DNA of 32,000 bases from Candidatus Kuenenia stuttgartensis (GCF_900232105.1 NZ_LT934425.1:630001-662000); one strand, 5' to 3'. Shown: positions 14,310 to 22,255, counted from the first letter of the stretch. Notes: generated by a model not told the origin, from the sequence alone. Program-made: numbers and translations.

Positions 14310-15962
14310 ATGGAAAAATTGAATAGCATTGATGCCCTGAAAAGGTATAGAAAATCTTTGGAAGCGGAAAAAAGCAGCGGGGAGAAAATACGTATTTTAA
14401 TTTGTACGACAGGTTGCCGGGCGTTGGGGGCCTGGGAAGTGTACAAAACCTTTCAGGCGGAAATTGAGATGCAGTCCCTTAAAGACAGGGTGGAAGTGGT
14501 GGATACCGGCTGTCAGGGATTGTGCACAAGGGCGCCTGTAGTAACGGTAGAGCCAATGGGGGTATTTTACGGCAGGGTCACGGAGAGTGACGTGCATGAG
14601 ATAGTTTCCAGGACAGTCCTTAAGGAGGAAATCATTGAAAGGCTTTGCTGCACGGAAGATGGAAAACGGGTACCCTACCGGAAAGACATATCCTTTTACA
14701 AAAAGCAGAAAAAGATTGTATTAAGGAACTGCGGGGTAATCGACCCGAAAAAGATAAGTGAATACATTTTGAGGAATGGGTATGCCGCCCTTGAGAAAGT
14801 ACTTTCCGGCATGTCCCCTGACAAAGTAATTGAAGAGGTGAAGGCATCCGGTCTGCGGGGACGTGGCGGGGCCGGATTTCCGACGGGGAAGAAGTGGGAG
14901 TCTGCAAAAAATGCCGTGGGTGACGAGAAATATGTTATCTGTAACGGAGACGAAGGGGATCCTGGTGCATTTATGGACCGTGCGGTGCTTGAGGGAGACC
15001 CTCATTCTGTAATTGAAGGGATGTTGATTTGCGGTTATGCTATAGGTTCCGGGAAGGGGATAATCTATGTGCGGGAAGAATATCCTATTGCCGTGGAACA
15101 TGTGAAGATAGCCATAGGCGATGCCCGGTCACTTGGATTGTTGGGGGAGAATATATTAGGGAGCGGATTCCATTTCGATATAGAAGTAAAAATGGGTGCA
15201 GGTGCATTTGTATGCGGCGAGGAGACGGCATTGATTGCTTCTATTGAAGGTGAACGCGGGATGCCGCGTCCGCGTCCTCCTTTTCCTGCGGTAAGCGGAT
15301 TGTGGGGAAAGCCAACGAATATAAACAACGTGGAAACACTGGCAAATATTCCGGTAATAATCCTTGAGGGTGCGAAGTATTTCAGCGCAATAGGAACGGA
15401 GTCGAGCAAGGGGACGAAGATATTTGCACTGGCGGGCAGTGTAAACAATACGGGACTGGTAGAAGTGCCGATGGGAACAACGCTTCGTGAGCTGGTGTTT
15501 GAAATAGGCGGAGGCATACCCCGTCGCCGGCAATTCAAGGCGGCGCAGATGGGAGGTCCTTCGGGCGGATGTGTGCCTGAGCAATACCTTGATACGCCGA
15601 TTGATTATGAATCGGTAAAAGAGGTTGGGGCGATAATGGGGTCCGGGGGACTTATTATCATGGATGAAACCACCTCTATGGTAGAGATAGCGAGGTATTT
15701 CATGGAATTCTGCCAGAATGAATCATGCGGGAAGTGTACTCCGTGCAGGGTAGGTACTAAGCGGATGCTGGAGATACTGACGAGGATAGCAAACGGGGAA
15801 GGGGAAAGAGAAGATATTGGCCTTCTGGAAGAACTGGCGGAAGCAACCAGGACGTCTTCGCTGTGCGGACTGGGACAAACATCTGCGAATCCCGTTGTTT
15901 CTACGCTGCAGTACTTTAAAAATGAGTATGAAGAGAATATCGCCAAAAAAGCATCAGCATAA
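14310..15962 (+). CDS. NuoF-type FMN/NAD(H)-binding flavoprotein with an extra N-terminal thioredoxin-like [2Fe-2S] domain
   Basis: GRGGAGFPTGKKW, GDEGDPGAF, ESCGKCTPCRVG ([4Fe-4S] N3 motif). N-terminal ~130 aa carry CTTGC...CQGLC. Start at ATG 14310 with GGAGGAG 8 nt upstream. Confidence 0.88.
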   Translation: MEKLNSIDALKRYRKSLEAEKSSGEKIRILICTTGCRALGAWEVYKTFQAEIEMQSLKDRVEVVDTGCQGLCTRAPVVTVEPMGVFYGRVTESDVHEIVSRTVLKEEIIERLCCTEDGKRVPYRKDISFYKKQKKIVLRNCGVIDPKKISEYILRNGYAALEKVLSGMSPDKVIEEVKASGLRGRGGAGFPTGKKWESAKNAVGDEKYVICNGDEGDPGAFMDRAVLEGDPHSVIEGMLICGYAIGSGKGIIYVREEYPIAVEHVKIAIGDARSLGLLGENILGSGFHFDIEVKMGAGAFVCGEETALIASIEGERGMPRPRPPFPAVSGLWGKPTNINNVETLANIPVIILEGAKYFSAIGTESSKGTKIFALAGSVNNTGLVEVPMGTTLRELVFEIGGGIPRRRQFKAAQMGGPSGGCVPEQYLDTPIDYESVKEVGAIMGSGGLIIMDETTSMVEIARYFMEFCQNESCGKCTPCRVGTKRMLEILTRIANGEGEREDIGLLEELAEATRTSSLCGLGQTSANPVVSTLQYFKNEYEENIAKKASA

Positions 15963-15969
15963 AATGTGA

Positions 15970-16068
15970 GATGAAATCTGAAACACGAAATACTAAATAC
16001 AAATCCACCCTCTGTACCCCCCCGCTAGCGGAGGACATTCTCCCCCTTTGGAGGGGATAAGGGGAGAG
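15970..16068. repeat. Composite repeat: CGAAATC-family fragment plus a G/C-rich arm and hairpin
   Basis: GATGAAATCTGAAACACGAAATACTAAATACAAATCC, then CCACCCTCTGTACCCCCCCGCTAGCGGAGGAC (compare 3889-3918), then the hairpin TCTCCCCCTTTGGAGGGGATAAGGGGAGA. Confidence 0.65.
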
Positions 16069-16161
16069 GGTTGAGGAAGTCATATAACAACGTGGAGCAT
16101 TTTGTTATATAAGAAGATTGTGTTATAAGTTTTTAAATTTTTATGATGTTATGCAATATTT

Positions 16162-17343
16162 ATGATTAAAAAACATATAAACAGCTTATCACCCGGTATG
16201 GTGCTGGGTAAACCAATTTATGGAGAGAATTATGAGGTATTGCTAAAGAAAGGCGTTGAACTATCGCAGGGGTATATCGATAGGTTGAAAACAAGGGGAT
16301 ATGCTTGTCTTTACATAGAAGATAAGGATACGGAAGATATTGTTATTAAAGACCCGATTTCTGATAAAATTCGTCTTATGGCAACGAAGGATATTCTTAA
16401 AACTTACAAGGTAACGCAGACAGCCATTGTCGATATAGAAGCGGATACTTCAGAATCAGTTATCCGAAGCATCAATACCCCAAAGGTGAAAAGAACTTTT
16501 CAGGAAAGCCAGGCATTCAAACAAATGGTTGAGAATATTGACTCTTTCCTTGAGGAAATTATGGGACAGGATATTTTGTCCGGTTTGAATTCAATAAAGA
16601 CAGTAGATAATTATACCTTCGAGCATTCTATAGATGCAGCAATAATATCGTTGATTATTGCAAGAAGGCTGTATCTTGACAAAAAAAAACTGAAACAAAT
16701 AGCCATCGGCGAGTTTTTACACGATATAGGCAAGATTTTTATTGACGTAAAGCTGCTTAATAAACCGGGTAAGTTAACAAATGAAGAGTTTGATAAAATA
16801 AAACAGCACACTTCTTTTGGATATGAGTTACTTAAAGATATTGACACTATCGGATATGTATCTGCGCATATCCCTTATCAACATCATGAGAGGCAGGATG
16901 GGAAAGGATATCCGCGTGGCCTGGCGGGGAATAATAAGCTTGATAAGGGAGAAATCACCTATGTAGAGCATGATAAAATGATTATGGGTGCGGAGATTGC
17001 TGCCGTTGCCGACGCCTATGACGCATGTATTTCAGACCGCCCGTATCGCAAGGGAATGCCCCCTGATCTGGTGTATGATCTCATAAAAAACGGCGCCGGC
17101 ACGCAATTCAACGAAGAATTAGTGAATTGCTTTTTAACGGTAATGCCGAAATATCCTGTAGGTTCAGAAATCAAGGTTATACGGGGAATGTATAAAGATT
17201 TTACGGGCGTTGTCGCCTCTGTAGAAATTTCACAAATGACCAGGCCAAAAGTAAAATTATTGTACGATAATAAACAAGGCAAAATCAAACCTGTTGAAAT
17301 TGATTTAAAAAGTGATGCTTCTTTTGAAATTCAATGTATTTAA
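16162..17343 (+). CDS. HD-GYP domain protein (probable c-di-GMP phosphodiesterase)
   Basis: HDIGK and HHERQDGKGYPRGL signatures. N-terminal LSPGMVLGKPIY region typical of HD-GYP N-domains. ~55-aa beta-rich C-terminal extension. Confidence 0.88.
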   Translation: MIKKHINSLSPGMVLGKPIYGENYEVLLKKGVELSQGYIDRLKTRGYACLYIEDKDTEDIVIKDPISDKIRLMATKDILKTYKVTQTAIVDIEADTSESVIRSINTPKVKRTFQESQAFKQMVENIDSFLEEIMGQDILSGLNSIKTVDNYTFEHSIDAAIISLIIARRLYLDKKKLKQIAIGEFLHDIGKIFIDVKLLNKPGKLTNEEFDKIKQHTSFGYELLKDIDTIGYVSAHIPYQHHERQDGKGYPRGLAGNNKLDKGEITYVEHDKMIMGAEIAAVADAYDACISDRPYRKGMPPDLVYDLIKNGAGTQFNEELVNCFLTVMPKYPVGSEIKVIRGMYKDFTGVVASVEISQMTRPKVKLLYDNKQGKIKPVEIDLKSDASFEIQCI

Positions 17344-17346
17344 GAA

Positions 17347-18045
17347 ATGAAGATCCTTATAATCTCTGATATCCATGGAAATGAAGCAGCATTAAAAGCC
17401 GTTTTGGAAGAAACAGCCGACATGATATTTTGTCTTGGCGATATCGTCAATTATGGGCCATACCCGAAAGAGTGCATAGAAAAAATCCGAAAATTAACGG
17501 ACAAGATTGTCCGCGGAAATCATGATAATGCCATTGGTAAAAACATGGAATGCGGCTGTTCTGAAAAATATAAAGCACTGAGCGATCAAGGGAAGATTTT
17601 TACGAAAACCATACTGGATGCCGGCGAAAAAGAATTTCTTGCAAACCTTCCGCTAACGCTAAATACAGAGGCAGGCGGCGTAACATTCCTGTTGTCTCAT
17701 GGCTCACCCGGCGGAGATATTTACAAATACCTCCGGCCCGAAGTTTCCGATAGTGAAATGGAAGATGAATTAAAAGGCGTGCGGGCAAATATCGTTTTGC
17801 TTGGACATACACATCTGCCTGTGGTGCGTAAGGTAGGTGAGATAACCGTCGTCAATCCGGGAAGTGTTGGTCAGCCGCGCGACGGGATACCCCTGGCTTC
17901 GTATGCCATATGGAAAGACGGCGCCCTGGAGATAAAACGGGTACCGTATGATATTGATGCTACGGCAAGGGGATTGCGGCATACAACGATACCTGCCGAT
18001 CACGTAGCAAGGCTTGAAGAAATTTTAAGGAAAGGCAGGATGTAA
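17347..18045 (+). CDS. Metallophosphoesterase (YfcE/MJ0936-like)
   Basis: Motifs DIHGN, GDIVNYGP, GNHD, GHTH, GSVG. Starts 3 nt after the HD-GYP stop. Confidence 0.85.
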   Translation: MKILIISDIHGNEAALKAVLEETADMIFCLGDIVNYGPYPKECIEKIRKLTDKIVRGNHDNAIGKNMECGCSEKYKALSDQGKIFTKTILDAGEKEFLANLPLTLNTEAGGVTFLLSHGSPGGDIYKYLRPEVSDSEMEDELKGVRANIVLLGHTHLPVVRKVGEITVVNPGSVGQPRDGIPLASYAIWKDGALEIKRVPYDIDATARGLRHTTIPADHVARLEEILRKGRM

Positions 18046-18054
18046 TTAACAACG

Positions 18055-19593
18055 CTATTTAAATAAACTCTTTTTAAGTGAAAATTTTTTCATTTTATTT
18101 AAAATCGTACGTCTGTTAAGGCCTGTGCATGCTGCTATACTACCTATCCTGCCATGATGCTTCTGAAATACGCTGACAAAATATTCCCGCTCCAACATAT
18201 CCAAACGTTTCTGCAGATCCTCATAAGAGGAAATATCAGGTCCGGCATTTAAAGGTTTGGGGAGACAAAGGTTCGTAGTTGCGGAATGGTCTGCCGTCAA
18301 CTCTATATTTTCGATAGTTTCGGATTCTTCCAGAAGGACAGCCTTTTCGATGACGCCTTCGAGTTCCCTGATATTTCCAGGCCATGAATGTGTCATAAGT
18401 TTTCTTAAGGCGTTTGGAGATATGCCGCTTATATTCTTTTTGAAGCGAATGTTGAATTTTTCAATAAAATGATTCACCAAAAGCGGGATATCATCGGCGC
18501 GTTCTTTTAGGGATGGAAGCCTGATTGATATAATATTCAGCCGGTAAAAGAGGTCTTTCCGAAACGTTCCCTTTTCAATTAATTCAAGGATATCCTGGTT
18601 TGTTGCAGCAATAATGCGAATATCTACTTTTATGGTCTTTTCGTCCCCTACCCGTTCTATGTACCTTTCCTGCAGTACCCGCAACAACTTAACCTGGGTG
18701 GGAATCGACAATTCTCCGATTTCATCCAGAAATATGGTTCCTTTATCCGCAAGTTCAAACTTCCCTTTTTTGTCCCGAATAGCACCGGTAAAAGAACCCT
18801 TGACATGGCCAAAGAGTTCGCTTTCCAAAAGGGTCTCAGGCAAAGCAGCGCAATTTACGGCCACCAGGTTATAGTCTTTTCTGTGGCTATTATAATGAAT
18901 TGCCCTTGCCACCAATTCCTTTCCTGTTCCCGTCTCTCCCGTAATAAGAACCGTTGAATCGGTTTGGGAGACCTTTTCGATCAGGTCGTAAATATTCTGC
19001 ATCAAATAACTCTTGCCGATCAGGCTATGAAAACTGTACCGCTCTCTTAATGAAGTCTGCAAACTCCGGATAGTAGTATTTTTAACCTCTAATTCCCGAA
19101 ACAAGGCCTTTAGCATCTTCTGAGATTCCTGATATTGAATCTCCTTATATACCCTTTTTGTAACATCCTTACTGATAGAAAGCACACCTTGCAGTACGCC
19201 GCCATCATCAAGGATAGGAATACAACTCTGGTCAAAAAAGTGTGTAACTTTATCTGGAGAAATAATCTGCAGTTCTTTAATAGTGAATGCCTTTTTTGTT
19301 TTAAGAACATTATTAAGGTTTCTGGCCAGTTCCTGTTCTATCGATCTAAGCCGCAAGGCCAGGTAGTTTGTGCCTTTTACCTCATGAAAACTCACGCCAA
19401 ATGTCCGTTCCGCAGATTTATTCATAAGCACAATGTTAAGATCCTTATCCAGGATAATAACATCTGAATCAAGGTTATCTATAATCGACTTGTCAATTTC
19501 CCCGTCACTCGCCAGGAAATAAGGCTGAATATCCGCATTACCTCCGATGTCGGGAACAAACAATTTTTGAACTGAATCCTTTTTTTCTTTCAT
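18055..19593 (-). CDS. Sigma-54-dependent transcriptional activator (EBP) with a PAS-like sensor and no receiver domain
   Basis: PAS-like VIILDKDLNIVLMNKSAERTFG. AAA+ activation domain with GETGTGKE, GSFTGA (GAFTGA loop), ESELFGH, TIFLDEIGE. C-terminal Fis-type HTH. Confidence 0.92.
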   Translation of the reverse strand: MKEKKDSVQKLFVPDIGGNADIQPYFLASDGEIDKSIIDNLDSDVIILDKDLNIVLMNKSAERTFGVSFHEVKGTNYLALRLRSIEQELARNLNNVLKTKKAFTIKELQIISPDKVTHFFDQSCIPILDDGGVLQGVLSISKDVTKRVYKEIQYQESQKMLKALFRELEVKNTTIRSLQTSLRERYSFHSLIGKSYLMQNIYDLIEKVSQTDSTVLITGETGTGKELVARAIHYNSHRKDYNLVAVNCAALPETLLESELFGHVKGSFTGAIRDKKGKFELADKGTIFLDEIGELSIPTQVKLLRVLQERYIERVGDEKTIKVDIRIIAATNQDILELIEKGTFRKDLFYRLNIISIRLPSLKERADDIPLLVNHFIEKFNIRFKKNISGISPNALRKLMTHSWPGNIRELEGVIEKAVLLEESETIENIELTADHSATTNLCLPKPLNAGPDISSYEDLQKRLDMLEREYFVSVFQKHHGRIGSIAACTGLNRRTILNKMKKFSLKKSLFK

Positions 19594-19854
19594 AATCGTA
19601 TTGAGATTATTTCAAATAAATGAGAAATATATTTCCCTTGCTACAATAAGATAATATTATCCATAACTTCCATATAAACAAGGAATAATGTAAAAAGTCC
19701 CCATAAATACCGCAAGATCGTACGTAAAATGCAACACATTTGAGCATGTAAATCCACAATAAAACGGAATGGCTCTTCCCATTATCCAACGATATAACGT
19801 CTTTAAAATGCGTCAAAATAGATAACATTTGTACTAATGGCAACTTACGAAATA

Positions 19855-19870
19855 TGGCACATTCATTGCT
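19855..19870 (+). promoter_or_regulatory. Sigma-54 (-24/-12) promoter facing the hsp20 array
   Basis: aTGGCACattcaTTGCt. GG (19856-57) and GC (19868-69) are in exactly the consensus register. ~100 nt upstream of ATG 19971. An EBP gene lies divergently adjacent. Confidence 0.8.
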
Positions 19871-19941
19871 CAAAGAACAACCAGCAAAAAACATTTTTAA
19901 AATACGGCATATGCCGCGGCAAGTTTAAAGAACAATTTTTT

Positions 19942-19962
19942 ATTACCTTTTTGAAAGGAGGT
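19942..19962 (+). promoter_or_regulatory. SD-masking U-rich hairpin (RNA-thermometer candidate) in the hsp20-1 leader
   Basis: AUUACCUUU-UUG-AAAGGAGGU. 8 pairs including two G.U wobbles plus one A/A mismatch. Covers the SD AAGGAGG (19955-19961). Confidence 0.4.
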
Positions 19963-19970
19963 TTTGGTTT

Positions 19971-20396
19971 ATGATGATGCCGCTATCAAGAACACTTGAA
20001 ACGTTATTGGGGCTTCAGGAAGCGCTGGATCTTACGCGTGATGCGGGATTTTTTGAGAACGGTACCGCAAGTAGCGGGGTATATCCGCCTGTAAATATTT
20101 TTGAAAAAAATGGGGACTTGGTACTCGTTGCAGAATTACCGGGAGTAAAAAAAGAAGACCTGAACATAGAGGTGAAGGAGAACATATTACGATTATCAGG
20201 AACACGTACAATCGACTACGGAAAAAATGTCAGTTATCACCGTATCGAACGTAATTTTTCGGAATTTGACAGGACGTTAAGACTGCCGTTTAACATTGAA
20301 TCTGAAAAAGTTCAGGCAGAGTATAAAGAAGGTCTTTTGGTAGTTTCCTTGCCACGTGCAGAGACTGATAAACCGAAAAAGATTGCAATTCAATAA
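19971..20396 (+). CDS. Hsp20/alpha-crystallin small heat-shock protein (141 aa)
   Basis: ACD pattern PPVNIFEKNGDLVLVAELPGVKKEDLNIEVKENILRLSG..F.R...LP..V....V.AEYKEGLLVVSLPR. Strong SD. Confidence 0.92.
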   Translation: MMMPLSRTLETLLGLQEALDLTRDAGFFENGTASSGVYPPVNIFEKNGDLVLVAELPGVKKEDLNIEVKENILRLSGTRTIDYGKNVSYHRIERNFSEFDRTLRLPFNIESEKVQAEYKEGLLVVSLPRAETDKPKKIAIQ

Positions 20397-20430
20397 TTAA
20401 TCAATAATCAAATTATGAGAGGAGGATAGT

Positions 20431-20841
20431 ATGGGTAACGAAGCAAAAGAAGTTGCAAAGGCTGAAAGTCGGAAACCAGTAAAAACTGAGTTTGAAGGCG
20501 AAAAAACGGTACCAGGAAAATATTATGTTCCCAGAACAGATATAGTTGAAACAGAAAAAAACCTGGTTGTTTGCATGGATGTCCCGGGTGTAAAAAGGGA
20601 GAACATAAATGTCATGCTGGAAAATAATATCCTTGAGGTTGATGCCAAGATTGACTTCTCGCCGTATGAAAACCTCAATCCGGTATATACTGAATACAAT
20701 GTAGGCCATTATACACGGAAATTTACCGTATCAAATACCATTGATACCGAGAAAATTGATGCAAACCTTGCAGATGGCGTCTTGGTCCTGACACTTCCAA
20801 AGGCTCCAGAAGCACAACCAAGAAAGATTCAAATAAAATGA
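20431..20841 (+). CDS. Hsp20/alpha-crystallin small heat-shock protein (136 aa)
   Basis: TDIVETEKNLVVCMDVPGVKRENINVMLENNILEVDA...ADGVLVLTLPKA. SD GAGAGGAGGA. 34 nt after hsp20-1. Confidence 0.9.
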   Translation: MGNEAKEVAKAESRKPVKTEFEGEKTVPGKYYVPRTDIVETEKNLVVCMDVPGVKRENINVMLENNILEVDAKIDFSPYENLNPVYTEYNVGHYTRKFTVSNTIDTEKIDANLADGVLVLTLPKAPEAQPRKIQIK

Positions 20842-20952
20842 CAAGAGTTGGCAAAAAGCAATTAACATTGTTTCTTATGAATAAATTTTGATTTGACATG
20901 TTTGTTGTTAGTGAAAGAAAAGGAGGTTTTTTGAATAATGAATATCTTACAT

Positions 20953-20968
20953 TTTCTTTAGAAAGGAG
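20953..20968 (+). promoter_or_regulatory. SD-masking U-rich hairpin (RNA-thermometer candidate) in the hsp20-3 leader
   Basis: UUUCUU-UAGA-AAGGAG. 6 pairs including two G.U wobbles. Covers the SD 6 nt before AUG 20975. Confidence 0.35.
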
Positions 20969-20974
20969 GCTATT

Positions 20975-21481
20975 ATGGCCTGGAAAGACTTAATTACCTG
21001 GAACAGGAAGAAGCAACAGCAATTACAACCTGAGATGCGGCATCCCGTTGCCACACTCCATCGGGAAGTGGATCGGTTATTTGATGATTTCTTCAGAGGT
21101 TTTGACAGATTTCCATCCATTTCCTTTAAAGAAGAACGATTCGCAGAATTTTCGCCGAGAATAGATGTAAGTGAAAATGACAGAGAGATTGAAATTACTG
21201 CAGAAGTACCGGGTATGGATCAAAATGATGTTGAAATTACTTTGAGGGATGATGTGCTTACGATTAAGGGAGAGAAGAAACAGGAAAAAGAAGAAAAAGA
21301 CAAAGAGTACTATCATGTAGAGCGGAGTTATGGGTCATTTTACCGCTCTCTGCAACTTCCATGTGAAGTTGACCAGGAAAAAGTGAAGGCATCATTCAAT
21401 AAAGGAGTGTTGAAGATACATCTACCCAAAAGCGTAAAAGCGCATGAAAATGTGCGAAAGATTGAAGTAAAAAGCGAGTGA
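20975..21481 (+). CDS. Hsp20/alpha-crystallin small heat-shock protein (168 aa, IbpA-like)
   Basis: PRIDVSENDREIEITAEVPGMDQNDVEITLRDDVLTIKGEKK..YHVERSYGSFYRSLQLP..ASFNKGVLKIHLPK. Confidence 0.92.
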   Translation: MAWKDLITWNRKKQQQLQPEMRHPVATLHREVDRLFDDFFRGFDRFPSISFKEERFAEFSPRIDVSENDREIEITAEVPGMDQNDVEITLRDDVLTIKGEKKQEKEEKDKEYYHVERSYGSFYRSLQLPCEVDQEKVKASFNKGVLKIHLPKSVKAHENVRKIEVKSE

Positions 21482-21495
21482 TTGTGATGGTTATT

Positions 21496-21538
21496 ATGGA
21501 AGCGCTTATTATCGCTGCCATGCGATTGGCGCTTCCAT
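21496..21538 (+). terminator. 10-bp perfect-stem hairpin just downstream of hsp20-3 (weak terminator candidate)
   Basis: ATGGAAGCGC (21496-21505) and GCGCTTCCAT (21529-21538) with a 23-nt loop. No U-tract follows, hence low confidence. Confidence 0.3.
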
Positions 21539-21778
21539 AGTAGATGTAATTTACCACTGGGCATTTATTATTTTCAAAATAAAAACAATTGCACCTATGA
21601 TAGTTTGTTACGTGATTGGGAAACACCTGAGGTTGAAAAAGATACTTCAACGCCTTATTTTGCAGTAGCCGAAGCAAATGGAAAAAATACGAAATTCTTT
21701 GGGACACCAATATAGAGTATGTAGTAGAAGTTTGCGTAATCAATGTTTTTTGTTTTGCATTACAAGAGAGTTAAGGCT

Positions 21779-22255
21779 ATGGAGTTGAATACGAAAGGCA
21801 AATTGCCGCATCCGGAAAACTGGAAATCAATGCATTTTTATGAAAAATTTGAGCATATTGTCTCAATTGCTTTAACGGTTATAATTTCAATTGTGATCAT
21901 TATTGCTTTTTTACGACTCATAGTTGATGTATACAATCTCCTTATAGTGCTTGCCCTGAATCCAATTGAACATTCAGTATTTCAGACAATTTTCGGAATG
22001 ATTATGACATTACTCATTGCTCTTGAATTTAAGCATTCAATTCTTCAGTCAATATTCAGGCGGGCAAGCATTGTTCAGGTAAGGACGGTAATGCTTATAG
22101 CAATACTTGCGTTGGCTAGAAAACTTATCATTCTTGATGTAAAAACCGAATCACCCGCCATTATTGCAGCGCTTTCTGGTGCTTTGCTGGTGGCAGGTAT
22201 TGTGTTCTGGCTCATAAAGGAAAGAGAGGATAGCGCGAGATACAAAAACAGATAA
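21779..22255 (+). CDS. PsiE-like (phosphate-starvation-inducible E family) membrane protein
   Basis: Four predicted TM helices. LIALEFKHSIL and LAIARKLIILDVKTESP.. align by eye with E. coli PsiE (FEFIALIVKYF, AIVRLIIVDHKSP). The track ORF begins at 21743; I prefer ATG 21779 (MELNTKG). Confidence 0.65.
   Translation: MELNTKGKLPHPENWKSMHFYEKFEHIVSIALTVIISIVIIIAFLRLIVDVYNLLIVLALNPIEHSVFQTIFGMIMTLLIALEFKHSILQSIFRRASIVQVRTVMLIAILALARKLIILDVKTESPAIIAALSGALLVAGIVFWLIKEREDSARYKNR

Noticed and set aside
20849-20865. TGGCAAAAAGCAATT upstream of hsp20-3 as a second sigma-54 promoter
   Set aside because: GC follows GG after 8 nt instead of the required 12-nt register, and there is no TTGC at -12.
21487-21540. 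17-codon hydrophobic mini-ORF MVIMEALIIAAMRLALP immediately after hsp20-3 (possible small membrane peptide or type I toxin)
   Set aside because: It has no SD, and the ORF coincides with the two arms of the 10-bp hairpin (21496-21538). The hairpin explains the sequence more simply.
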